IMG/VR virus record: IMGVR_UViG_3300022752_000015
Location: 124,001-188,000 of that record
Reading direction: 5' to 3' (one strand)
Length of the DNA: 64,000 nt
Shown: piece by piece, positions 48,001 through 56,801 of the stretch
Layout of the letters: every line of letters starts with the position of its first letter
Numbering within the stretch: position 1 is the stretch's first letter
Program-made: the position numbers and the translations under genes
Notes under the pieces: model-generated
The model's input: only the letters and a program-made list of their open reading frames with translations
What the model was told of the DNA's origin: nothing
The model's database searches: none

Positions 48001-49017
48001 AGTAATAAACATAATGATATTATAAAGATCTTAATCTATAAGATAGACGTCTTTAATAGTGATATTGTGTATAAACCAAAGGAATTTTTGTTTGAAGCTT
48101 CTAGATTTCCAACTCGTGTTTATTCATCAGTAAAGCCAATCAACACAGACGTGAGAGGAATCAGTGACATAGCTAATGCAATTCCAACTAGAAATTACTC
48201 TTTATTTACAAGCTTGAACTTGATAGACACAGGAGCATCTACGTATTGGGACGATAAAACCAGCTCTTTTGGAGAAGAATATAATTTTCTAACATCAAGA
48301 GAAAAAAATGAAATTATAGAAAATCACATAACTAGTTTTCTTTTGGAAAATTACATAAAAATCTTGACAGGTTTTGATGTTGGAGATGTTCAATTTAATC
48401 TATCGAATATAGAAGCAGATGCTCTTGCTGAAGCTGGTAATTCAACTAACGATGACGTAACTAAGAATTTGCAAAGTTCTACTTCGACCACTAAAGATTC
48501 TAAATCTTCTAACTCTTTATCTAAAGGATTAGGAAATGCAGGAAAATCTGTTTTAAATTCTTCTGGTCTCAATAAGATACCGAAGATAAAGAATGAAGCT
48601 TTAAAAAATTTGATAGTTGCAGATGTTTTGATTCCAAGACAAGATTTGTATATTAAGAACTTGGTTCAGCCTAAAAAATTTGATAGAGTCTTTAACATTA
48701 TATTCGATCCTGAGTTTGAAATAGATTATGAAAAATCAACATCAACCCAAAGTAGTTCTTCTAAATTAGAATTTTTAATAAAAACTGCAAAATCTATTAA
48801 ACAAAAAAGTAATCCCAATGTCTATGTTGATGTAGATAAATCTTTTGAAAATCCATCCCTAGACGCTTTTTTTGCGGTCGTAGAAACTCATGCAGAGCCT
48901 TTTGTTGCGGATCCAAAATTGTTAACTTCAATTCAAAAGAGCGAAAATGCGCAGGAATCAGCAAGAAAGCAACAAGACAAAAAATCCATAACGAAAAAAA
49001 GCGTTGGTAAGCTATAA
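45037..49017 (+). CDS. Very large hypothetical protein (putative virion)
   Basis: 1326-aa open frame inside the structural module; coiled-coil and helical segments; no motif recognised. Confidence 0.5.
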   Translation: MFRFPKSSNGTFLKSGNMQTRVVSSDSNNSRKTSTVYIPKKDLDPSSDPSATSTNSHKRKLTKYEELANLSEDRPEMIALTNFSPILTDSQTKTAYGELFDLYVETLRQIDASTQSAMNSEKNKKLIKDNNKQFKQQISILRNRLSELNNILKMLATANKNINSHNSIYRFSPTEFVSRMFEGSQRKTKKEDLDAIAEKLPETLTLETSLADAIISTPSTAKNYSSTKLWLMCVGELAKLIKTHSKKSLNVNPLEEKQSSIKGQIPPLDGGKNRISLSSIQKNANVPSNLVIAPTFQTSLTDSEQKKLEQAQKDLKNLGVSFEIPTGVKDQKVNQQKLNSDLTSLASNLKVSMLEIDTALNNNLKSENYIAPVLIHLLSKELRHSACFDQNFQFLRNFRSTGTGVVNSTNYIEKIFGQDPGGFDVFQAPSKNVNVNSFSLFDLTYSRHVEDSSKIVLTLEENESSNMSTTLVPGGRYFFDSQALFNNISQNSINLSRMFEISREIERLDSGFFEIISNFGFLPIDDSMFETMKNDSSQKPSFTSFNPATFAKNILNVLVDGEGNSKTYDFADRESDLEIFAQKDRGIVAILAKAGENSDFGRELRASLLISLIELVEDSVNAGNNDENLKMLLINESKNVPPELLSQIIADRAAFSAFFGVSNYNDIFQKTAEVLKTSLTANYESKNIINRIPCKYDNTADLGNSLRSNKLFLSIVNIIKDIKAAFSNYATSSSTNNTIFSELNINTIIVLAFTVICSLVKKFSDNNFAATNAFQDFLTPYSNGINLSTANGNFSLTPEDKKFLVSVGASFYELVVYVDSNPTNHSIGQQEIISIIEDEMKTLTSMIFSVTNFLDTLNGKIQTIYNTINKFNKEAIAYLLGYLETTEKLSILMREQQLMMLLSSVEDVYQNFQTFTENFSTEETDPDMILATKYLKSLHYSPQMVSVLQRFFSDSEFTETKGYNKKIATIGIPQGLLKGLLKNPLMADSNKHNDIIKILIYKIDVFNSDIVYKPKEFLFEASRFPTRVYSSVKPINTDVRGISDIANAIPTRNYSLFTSLNLIDTGASTYWDDKTSSFGEEYNFLTSREKNEIIENHITSFLLENYIKILTGFDVGDVQFNLSNIEADALAEAGNSTNDDVTKNLQSSTSTTKDSKSSNSLSKGLGNAGKSVLNSSGLNKIPKIKNEALKNLIVADVLIPRQDLYIKNLVQPKKFDRVFNIIFDPEFEIDYEKSTSTQSSSSKLEFLIKTAKSIKQKSNPNVYVDVDKSFENPSLDAFFAVVETHAEPFVADPKLLTSIQKSENAQESARKQQDKKSITKKSVGKL

Positions 49018-49029
49018 AGAGAAACGAAC

Positions 49030-50859
49030 ATGGGAATAAAATCAATACCGACAAGAATCATCTATTCAGTAGACGTACCTGAAGTCACTGAGTTGAAGAC
49101 AGAATTTGTTTACAATTATTATGTTCCTAATGAAGCTGTCAGAGACAAAGATATCTTAACCGATGACGCGATAAAAAATATGAATTTATCGCAAAATATC
49201 ATCTCTAAACCACGTACTGAGTTAGCAGAATCTTATTTGGATTATGGTAGCAGAAAATTCCCAAGGTACGTAAAAATTACATTCAAAGGTCCTAAAAAGA
49301 TACCTTACATAGAATCTGGAGAAGAGAACGACATAATTGCTCAAAATTTTGACAAGATTGTGTCAGAAAGTCAGTTTGCTACCAGCTATTACACTGCTGT
49401 AAATTTAAAAAATAATGAAATAGACAAACAGACTGCTTCGATTTTTAAAAATGCTTCAATGCTGCTTCATGATACTGAAGAAATTGATTCTTCAAAGTCT
49501 GTACAGTCTGTAAAAAATTTGGTAGGAAGTTCTAATGAAAAAGTAGTAGGAAATGTGCTAAGCCAGCAAGAATACATTTCTAACACTATCTATAAAAAAA
49601 ATGATGGTAAAAAAACAATAAACAACTACTTGAATAGTTTAAAGAATGTTTCGACCAACATGCAGATTAGTAATAATTTGCTATACGACTTGGTTCAAAG
49701 AGCATCCAATGATTCATTGAATTTAAACAAGGACTCTTTTAAAAAATTAAAAAATTCGGTTGGTAATAAAAGAAATAGCAACAGCAATTTTGACCTGACC
49801 GAAGATGAATTTAAGACGAACGTACAATATATCAATGTAGTATCTTCAGCGGATGATGCGAATGTTCCAACCACCTACAAGCTTGTTGGTTATGTTATAG
49901 AAAAAACAGAAATCTTCCCCGATGGAACCCAAAGAGATTTTAATCCAATTATTATAGAGGATCCAAGATCAACTAGCTATGCAGATTTTGATGTACGGTA
50001 TGGTACTGTCTACATTTACCAAGTTAAATCAATAATGGAAGCAACCTTTGCCGCTGTCGATAACGTCGGACTAGGAATATCGATGATCAGCTCTTTGATC
50101 AGTTCAAAACCTGTGATTTCTTATGTAGAAACGACAGAGGATATAGCTCCTCCTCCGCCTACAGGATTAAAGTTTGTTTGGGATTTTGACAGGATAAATC
50201 CTGTAACCGCAGAATTTGATCATATCTCGAACAGCATTATACCCGGAACTGGTGTTAGAGGAAGTTTATTAATTTGCTGGTCATTCCCAGTAAATTCGCA
50301 AATGGACATCAAAAAATTTCAAGTATTTAGAAGAAAAAATCTGGAACACCCATTTGAGTTATTAAAAGTTTTTGACTTTAACGATGCATCTATCAAATTC
50401 CCAGATGATGAAAAAAAGATTGATCAAAAGTTGGTAGAAATAGTTACACCAAATCCAGAATCTTCTTATTATGATGATGATTTTTTTAAGAATTCAGAGT
50501 ACATTTACGCAGTTGCGTCTGTAGATGCTCACGGAATTAGCTCCAATTACTCTGAACAGTTTCAAGTGAAATTTGATCAATATGCAAATAAACTAATAAT
50601 AAGATTAGTTTCTACTCAAAATGCTCCTAAGAGTTATCCTAACATGTATCTTGAAAAAGATCTATTCTTGGATTCAGTAAAAACAAGCAACAAAAATACG
50701 ATGCATGTTTATTTCACACCAACCTGTTATTCCGTCAACAACGATAACGTCAAAACTGATGTAGTCGTGACAGAAAATGGAAGATACAAGATAAATTTTA
50801 TAAACATAGAGAATCAAGCTTCTACGCAACTCACTATTAACTTGAAAGATTTTCGATAG
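49030..50859 (+). CDS. FN3-domain-containing putative virion protein
   Basis: GYVIEK...SYADFDVRYGTVYIYQVKS; DIAPPPPTGL...ICWS...FQVFRR...YIYAVASVDAHGISSNYS are fibronectin type III patterns. Confidence 0.6.
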   Translation: MGIKSIPTRIIYSVDVPEVTELKTEFVYNYYVPNEAVRDKDILTDDAIKNMNLSQNIISKPRTELAESYLDYGSRKFPRYVKITFKGPKKIPYIESGEENDIIAQNFDKIVSESQFATSYYTAVNLKNNEIDKQTASIFKNASMLLHDTEEIDSSKSVQSVKNLVGSSNEKVVGNVLSQQEYISNTIYKKNDGKKTINNYLNSLKNVSTNMQISNNLLYDLVQRASNDSLNLNKDSFKKLKNSVGNKRNSNSNFDLTEDEFKTNVQYINVVSSADDANVPTTYKLVGYVIEKTEIFPDGTQRDFNPIIIEDPRSTSYADFDVRYGTVYIYQVKSIMEATFAAVDNVGLGISMISSLISSKPVISYVETTEDIAPPPPTGLKFVWDFDRINPVTAEFDHISNSIIPGTGVRGSLLICWSFPVNSQMDIKKFQVFRRKNLEHPFELLKVFDFNDASIKFPDDEKKIDQKLVEIVTPNPESSYYDDDFFKNSEYIYAVASVDAHGISSNYSEQFQVKFDQYANKLIIRLVSTQNAPKSYPNMYLEKDLFLDSVKTSNKNTMHVYFTPTCYSVNNDNVKTDVVVTENGRYKINFINIENQASTQLTINLKDFR

Positions 50860-50941
50860 GCGTTAATCAATTCTTGGCAAATAAAGGAAAGCAATATTTA
50901 ACTAACTAATACTTACGTGTAGATTTAAGAGTAGAGGAATT

Positions 50942-51661
50942 ATGGGTTTTCTTGATCATTCGACCAATAACATCATCCTTGATGCTGTTTTAACGGACAC
51001 GGGCCGACAATTTTTGTCAAGAAATAATGGCGATTTTACTTTGACTAAGTTCGCTCTGGGAGATGATGAAGTAAACTACAGCATTATACAAAAATACGGT
51101 AGAACGGTAGGCAGAGAAAAAATCGAAAAAAACACTCCTATTTTTGAAGCATTAACGAATCAAGCTCATTCTCAGAAATATAGGCTCATAAGTGTATCTA
51201 ATCCTAATTTAGTTAGATTACCGAGCTTCACATACACTGGAGATGCAGCTTCATCTGGAAGTGTTATAACCTTATACACCGTGTCTACTTCTGGAAAAGC
51301 TACATCTTCTAAGATTAATTTAGAACAGACAGTGCTGAATGAAACGTTGATTGATGTCGAATTAAGAGATCAAACTTTTATTGTTGACGTACCAAATTTG
51401 TTCTTGTTGGTAGATTCTGGTAACAAATCTCCAAACAATATAGACAATCAGCAAAGAGCGTATTATACTCTTACCAAATCAGGAACTAATAGCATAGCTG
51501 GATCTACTTTAATGTTTACTGTTAATGCAAAATCTTTAACGCAAACTGTATTTGATGTGTACGGAACAGGTACACAAAAAAATACAATAAAGACCTATGT
51601 TCGCGTGACAGGTATGCAATCAGGCGCTGTGAAAGACATAGCCGTTGAACTCAAACGTTGA
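50942..51661 (+). CDS. Putative baseplate/tail-fibre attachment protein
   Basis: MGFLD...LDAVLTDTGRQFLSR...FTLTKFALGDDEVNY resembles the N-terminal half of P2 gpH-type (DUF3751) collar domains (LT..G...LA...I..MA.GD). Confidence 0.55.
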   Translation: MGFLDHSTNNIILDAVLTDTGRQFLSRNNGDFTLTKFALGDDEVNYSIIQKYGRTVGREKIEKNTPIFEALTNQAHSQKYRLISVSNPNLVRLPSFTYTGDAASSGSVITLYTVSTSGKATSSKINLEQTVLNETLIDVELRDQTFIVDVPNLFLLVDSGNKSPNNIDNQQRAYYTLTKSGTNSIAGSTLMFTVNAKSLTQTVFDVYGTGTQKNTIKTYVRVTGMQSGAVKDIAVELKR

Positions 51662-51673
51662 AAAAAGAAATAT

Positions 51674-52882
51674 ATGGCCACCTATAAAAACTTAGATCCA
51701 TCAGACGTAAAAACTGCTCGTTCTTTTTTAAGTCAATTGATTGACGTAATTCAAGAAGACATCAGCGGATCAACTTCAAGAAGAAAATATCAAGTTTTCG
51801 TAACTGGAGGTGTTGGTCCCGGAATTACGTCTTCATTATTTCAAACCGTCTATGATCAAGATTTTACGTTACAAACGGCTAACCCTGTTTTTGACTGTAC
51901 TGTTGGAATTTATCCCAACTCGGATATTACTTCATCTTCTTTATCATCAGTAGATTCCGCAGGAAAAGAAATTTTTCCTTCATCTTCATTGATGATGAGA
52001 GAAAAGCTTGACAACTATCGTCAGTTTGCGCAACTTTTGTTAGGAGATGCTAATTCTCAATTTGTCGCTCCATATGGATCAGTTAGCGCAAATGATAAAA
52101 TTGATGCCGCGTTCTTTATAGCATTTAAGAGATTATTCGCTCGTGATGCGATAAAGAGAGAATCATTTGCAATGAGATTCTTTCAATCAGCTTCTCTTTG
52201 CAGATACGACGGAGCTCCTAACATTCCTAATCTTTATAAAACATCAGAGATTGGAATGTCGATTTACACTGATATCGGAGCTTCCACCAACAAACTAACT
52301 GAGTTTGGTGGTCAATTAGGCAACATAGTTGATGCCGCTGACACGAATAGAACTGTCGGTCTGCTGTTCTATGACAGAGGAATTGCCGTGATGGATCTAG
52401 AAAAGATCACATCAGCTAGCCAATTCGTGTCTGGAAATATTGATGCCATGTCTCCAACAGGATTGGCTGTGTTAGGTGGACCTGGGACCGAAACTTCAGG
52501 AATCTCTAAATTTATTCCTGACTTTATAGTTTCAGCTTCTATTGACAATGTAGTAGATCACATTTGTGCCACCAGATTTAGTTCGGGATCGCAGACGGCA
52601 ATTACTTTTCAAAACACGACAAATATTAACAGCACGTTAGTCTTTTGCAGAGCAGCGGCTGATGAGTTCAACTATTCTTCGAATCCTACTTTTACAGATT
52701 CACAAAACAGAATAGTTGTAATTGATTCGGGGCAAGAAGACACGCAACAGACTTTCACTTTCGTGACGTCGGTTGGGCTTTATGATCCGAATGATAACTT
52801 GCTCGCAGTTGCTAAGTTAAGTAGACCAGTAGAGAAGAGTCCAGAAAGAGACTTGACCTTTAGAGTACGTCTAGATTTCTGA
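51674..52882 (+). CDS. Putative tail/baseplate structural protein
   Basis: C-terminal EFNYSSNPTF...FVTSVGLYDPNDNLLAVAKLSRPVEK...FRVRLDF, paralogous to the C-terminus of 52905..55400. Confidence 0.6.
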   Translation: MATYKNLDPSDVKTARSFLSQLIDVIQEDISGSTSRRKYQVFVTGGVGPGITSSLFQTVYDQDFTLQTANPVFDCTVGIYPNSDITSSSLSSVDSAGKEIFPSSSLMMREKLDNYRQFAQLLLGDANSQFVAPYGSVSANDKIDAAFFIAFKRLFARDAIKRESFAMRFFQSASLCRYDGAPNIPNLYKTSEIGMSIYTDIGASTNKLTEFGGQLGNIVDAADTNRTVGLLFYDRGIAVMDLEKITSASQFVSGNIDAMSPTGLAVLGGPGTETSGISKFIPDFIVSASIDNVVDHICATRFSSGSQTAITFQNTTNINSTLVFCRAAADEFNYSSNPTFTDSQNRIVVIDSGQEDTQQTFTFVTSVGLYDPNDNLLAVAKLSRPVEKSPERDLTFRVRLDF

Positions 52883-52904
52883 TCCTTAACGAGTTGAAGC
52901 GTGA

Positions 52905-55400
52905 ATGTCAATATACAAAGTAAACCCGACCGACTTTCAAAGCATCACTGTCGCCACTAATCCTAGTAGATATTATTCTTCAAGCTCAAGTGGCGTCACG
53001 GGATCCGTTCACGTTTTTGCGCGCAGATCAAAAATAGAAAAAGAGACAGCGCCTTTATCTTCCTTCATTGAAGCGACACACAATGACGTTGACATCGCTT
53101 CGACGATACAGGGAATAAAGCAACAGATAAAAAGTAAAAAGAATTCGACGACAGGCTCAATAGATGTAAAAAATGCAGTCGAATCTTTTTTAAATTTTGT
53201 AAATGATCAGGGAGTATCTGCAAAGAAGAAAAAAGTTCTTGACGTAATAAGATTCACACCTTCTTTTAACTTCACTTCGAATACAGTGCGAAAGATGGTG
53301 ATAAAAGAGAACTTATCTTCTTATTACAGAGGTGCATACCCATCATCTCACTGGGCTTATGTTAACTATAATTCTTTAAATTTTTTTTCTTCTTCCGATA
53401 TCCCATCTTCATCGGTCCTGTTGTATCCTAACTATGACAATGGGACAATCCACGAAGGTTACTCCTACGGCGCTTACATGCCAAGTGGAGCCATCAGTTT
53501 TGATTTTTACATAAATCCCAGATATAACAATATAGATGAAGGATTTAAAGCAGGAACCATTTTTCATCTTTCATCAACGTATGCGTTATCTTTGGTGTCA
53601 GGTAGCTTAAAAGATGGTCGAGGACGACCCCTGGGGTTTAAGATGCTGTTACAGCTAAGTCACAGCGCCGATATTCCTCCATCAATTGCTACGCAAGGTT
53701 CTTACCCAAATAATTTAGTATTTGAGTCTCAGGACAATGCATTGACATTTAATAAATGGCATCATGTTGTCGTCAGGTGGGGTACAAGTGAAATTAATGC
53801 AGGTACCGGTTCATTCAATGTTGACGGAGTTGACAAAGGTTACTTTGTAGTTCCTTCCGGAACAATAGCTCCGTTGGTATTTCCAGACAACGGAACCGAT
53901 CCAACAAATCCAGATGTTTTGTGCATCGGAAATTATTACGAAGGCAGTAATAGTGGGTTTAATACTCTTAAAAGTTTTTTTGCAAGAGACACGTCTAACA
54001 GAGAAGGTCTGTTAGAACTAGATCCAGCGACGGGCGTAGATGAACCTGACAAATATGCTTTTAATCACCCTCTTAGAGCAGAGGTCCATGATTTATCAAT
54101 AAAAAACTACTATATGTCAGAAGCCGACTTACAAGTTTCTAGCTCGATAGGTCCTTCAAGCATTGATTCTAGAGTGGCTTTTTATGTTCCTCCTTTCTTT
54201 GTCGAAGCAACGCCTGTTAGAAAATTCGTAAATACGTGGGGAGGAATACTACAAACTCCTTTTATTGAAGTCGATGGAACCACGGCTGATCCATTCAACA
54301 TTGCAATGGCATTTGGTGTGGCAGGCCATTACATCAACACTGAAAACTTTTTAAAAGATTTTGCCACCAACAACTTTCCTAGGCAACATCACCTTTCAGC
54401 ATCAGCATTAAACAGCACAACGACAGCTAGATCAGCGAATGAATTTCTTTACGATCAACCTATGGTCAGAAAAAGAAACTTGTTGATCATGCCATGTGAT
54501 GATGGAAATTTCTATCCTGATTACGATTTGCTTAAGAATGAAGAATTGCAAAACCTCTATTCAGATGATTTAGATAACTTCACTCCTGGATTTATCAGCC
54601 TTAATAACATGCTTTTGACATCTTCATTAGTGTTTAACACCTCTTTTGAAGATTCTGAATCTACTAATAAAGCAGAAAAAGACCCAGATTTCTTCATAAA
54701 AGAGACGATCGGCGTCACGCCTGAAAATCCCGCTTCATCTGGTGGGCCTGCTTACAAGAATTATTTGAGAAATACCAACAAAGCAATTTATGCAGGACAA
54801 TCAGGACAAGGTCTTCAAGAAAATGCTCCATTGACGATATATCAAAGAACAGGAGATTCTAGCTCTAATCAAGTAACTTTCTTTGATATCAGCAATCTGT
54901 ACTATGGGATGAGTATTTTACCCGGCAGTTTCATGATAAAAGATGTTTCTCTTTCAGGCTCTAACGGAGAAATGAAGATTACCATTAGAGACAACGGCAA
55001 CGGAGGGTTGTATAGAGCAGATAGCGATTCGCCTACTTGCAAGTGGAACACTGTAGGAACAATCTATTACAATGAAGGAATCATTGCAATAAAGAGTCCG
55101 CATCTGTACTTCTTTGGTAAGGAAAACTTTGAAGTTTCATTTAAAGGTGAACAAAACATTCACGTTTTGAAGTTAGACATGTCAGCACCAGTCAATCATC
55201 TAAATTCATCTTCAAATCCCACATTCGTGAAGGTTCCATCCACGCTGAATCCTAATGAATATGACTCTGACTTCGTGTATATTTCAGGCATAAATTTTCA
55301 TGATGATAATCTAAACGTGATCATGAAAACTCAGCTTGCACAGCCCATCATGAAACGACACTCTGATAAGATAGCTTTCAGAGTGAAATACGATTGGTAA
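52905..55400 (+). CDS. Putative tail/baseplate structural protein with LamG-like domain
   Basis: SFDFYINP...NKWHHVVVRW...FNVDG...LCIGN (LamG-like); C-terminal LNSSSNPTF...YISGINFHDDNLNVIMKTQLAQPIMKR...FRVKYDW. Confidence 0.6.
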   Translation: MSIYKVNPTDFQSITVATNPSRYYSSSSSGVTGSVHVFARRSKIEKETAPLSSFIEATHNDVDIASTIQGIKQQIKSKKNSTTGSIDVKNAVESFLNFVNDQGVSAKKKKVLDVIRFTPSFNFTSNTVRKMVIKENLSSYYRGAYPSSHWAYVNYNSLNFFSSSDIPSSSVLLYPNYDNGTIHEGYSYGAYMPSGAISFDFYINPRYNNIDEGFKAGTIFHLSSTYALSLVSGSLKDGRGRPLGFKMLLQLSHSADIPPSIATQGSYPNNLVFESQDNALTFNKWHHVVVRWGTSEINAGTGSFNVDGVDKGYFVVPSGTIAPLVFPDNGTDPTNPDVLCIGNYYEGSNSGFNTLKSFFARDTSNREGLLELDPATGVDEPDKYAFNHPLRAEVHDLSIKNYYMSEADLQVSSSIGPSSIDSRVAFYVPPFFVEATPVRKFVNTWGGILQTPFIEVDGTTADPFNIAMAFGVAGHYINTENFLKDFATNNFPRQHHLSASALNSTTTARSANEFLYDQPMVRKRNLLIMPCDDGNFYPDYDLLKNEELQNLYSDDLDNFTPGFISLNNMLLTSSLVFNTSFEDSESTNKAEKDPDFFIKETIGVTPENPASSGGPAYKNYLRNTNKAIYAGQSGQGLQENAPLTIYQRTGDSSSNQVTFFDISNLYYGMSILPGSFMIKDVSLSGSNGEMKITIRDNGNGGLYRADSDSPTCKWNTVGTIYYNEGIIAIKSPHLYFFGKENFEVSFKGEQNIHVLKLDMSAPVNHLNSSSNPTFVKVPSTLNPNEYDSDFVYISGINFHDDNLNVIMKTQLAQPIMKRHSDKIAFRVKYDW

Positions 55401-55412
55401 CAGATCTAGTTC

Positions 55413-55805
55413 ATGACAGTAAAAAAGAGAAAGAAAAAAGGAAGGTATCATAGAGGTACTCATAATTCTCCTCTGGCTGGCGAGTGTAAATTTCGTTCAG
55501 GATGGGAGCAAAAGTACATGGAGTATTTAGATGCTGACCCGAACGTAGAATCTTGGTCTTACGAAAAGATCGTTATCAAATACATCTCTAATAAGTCTTC
55601 AGGAAAAATTCGAAAGTACTATCCTGATTTTTTTGTGAAGATGAAAAATGGCGATCTACTCGTCGTGGAGATCAAACAAAAAAGGAAGTTAGATTCCTCG
55701 GCCGTCAAGAAAAAATCGGCAGCGGCACAACAGTGGTGCATGATCAACAATGCCTCTTTCTTAATTCTTACTGAATTAGAATTAAAAGATATGGGAATCT
55801 TATAA
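55413..55805 (+). CDS. Head completion nuclease (T4 gp4 / TnsA-N-like)
   Basis: FRSGWEQKYMEYLD...WSYE..VIKY...YYPDFFV...VVEIK...K..AAQQWC....FLILTE. Confidence 0.8.
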   Translation: MTVKKRKKKGRYHRGTHNSPLAGECKFRSGWEQKYMEYLDADPNVESWSYEKIVIKYISNKSSGKIRKYYPDFFVKMKNGDLLVVEIKQKRKLDSSAVKKKSAAAQQWCMINNASFLILTELELKDMGIL

Positions 55806-55845
55806 AAAGATTTTACCTGATGTCACCTGATGATGATAATCAGAT

Positions 55846-56403
55846 GTGTCAAAAATTGTTTTAGGTCTTGACGTTTCAACTTCAGTGACAGGTGTTTGCG
55901 TTATAGATAAAGATGTTCAACCTGATGACAAGGGTTCTCACATCCTTCTCCTCGACAAAGTAGAGTTCAAGAAGTGTAAAACATTTTGGGAGAAGTCTGA
56001 TGTTATTGAATCAGTTTTATCAGACATATTCCATCGACAGAAACTAGCACCAGTCGTATTCGCTCTTGAGGAACCGTTGTTGGGATTTCAAAAAGGAATG
56101 TCATCAGCAACAACCATCACCACCCTCATGAGGTTTAATGGTATAGTTTCTTATATCGGTAGAAGAATATTTCAGGTGGACCCAACCTACATCTCATCCT
56201 CGCACGCCAGAAAACTATGCGGAATAAAGATGCAACGAACATCTATCGCCGGAATGAATGGTAAGGAGCAGGTCTTCAAACACATGTCTGAAAACGACCT
56301 GAAGCATGTGGATTGGCCGAAGAAGAAAAATGGTCAACCCGTCGATTGGAGCCGTGATGCTACAGATGCATATGTAATAGCTCGAGCTGCATGTCTCTTA
56401 TAA
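55846..56403 (+). CDS. RuvC-like Holliday junction resolvase
   Basis: VLGLDVSTSVTG...ALEEP...L.RFNG...ARK...DATDAYVIA acidic catalytic residues; upstream TTTACC-N17-GATAAT-N5-GTG. Confidence 0.75.
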   Translation: MSKIVLGLDVSTSVTGVCVIDKDVQPDDKGSHILLLDKVEFKKCKTFWEKSDVIESVLSDIFHRQKLAPVVFALEEPLLGFQKGMSSATTITTLMRFNGIVSYIGRRIFQVDPTYISSSHARKLCGIKMQRTSIAGMNGKEQVFKHMSENDLKHVDWPKKKNGQPVDWSRDATDAYVIARAACLL

Positions 56404-56433
56404 TTTTTGTAAATGATATTTCTTAACTATAAT

Positions 56434-56444
56434 ATAATTAGTTA
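56434..56444 (+). promoter_or_regulatory. Putative late-promoter motif ATAATTAGTTA
   Basis: Identical 11-mer at 57788-57798 and variant ATACATAGTTA at 62190-62200, each in a short intergenic gap before a gene. Confidence 0.5.
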
Positions 56445-56465
56445 CATCCCAAAGGAGTATTTCAC

Positions 56466-56765
56466 ATGAAGATTACCCCTTCGCAATTACGTAAAATCAT
56501 AAAAGAAGAAGTCAAAAGATTGTCAGAAGGTCCTGAAGAGGAACAAAAGGTTTTTTATGACGCTTTACGTCAAGCAGAAGATGCCTTAATGAAAGTCGTA
56601 GAGATCGTAGAAAAATCCGGAAAGGGAAGCCCTGAAAAATTTGGAGGACAAGGTTCTCAACAGGTTAATCTAAAGGCGGTCCTTGCACAGATTTCCAACC
56701 AAAGAGAAATTGAACAAGACGCACCAGATTATGGCGGCGGTTTATTCGATCTGCCTGGCAAATAA
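56466..56765 (+). CDS. Hypothetical protein with IIKEE-type N-terminal leader (possible internal head protein)
   Basis: MKITPSQLRKIIKEEVKRLSE; AAGGAG RBS. Confidence 0.55.
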   Translation: MKITPSQLRKIIKEEVKRLSEGPEEEQKVFYDALRQAEDALMKVVEIVEKSGKGSPEKFGGQGSQQVNLKAVLAQISNQREIEQDAPDYGGGLFDLPGK

Positions 56766-56801
56766 TTGAACATATAACTCTACAAGTATTACGATGCTAT
56801 C
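56766..56801 (+). promoter_or_regulatory. Sigma70-like promoter, leaderless type
   Basis: TTGAAC-N18-TACGAT-N6-GTG(56802). Confidence 0.6.

Noticed and set aside
55413-55805. Tn7-like transposon (TnsA-like motif)
   Set aside because: Only 130 aa, no TnsB/TnsC or terminal repeats; sequence and context fit T4 gp4 head-completion nuclease
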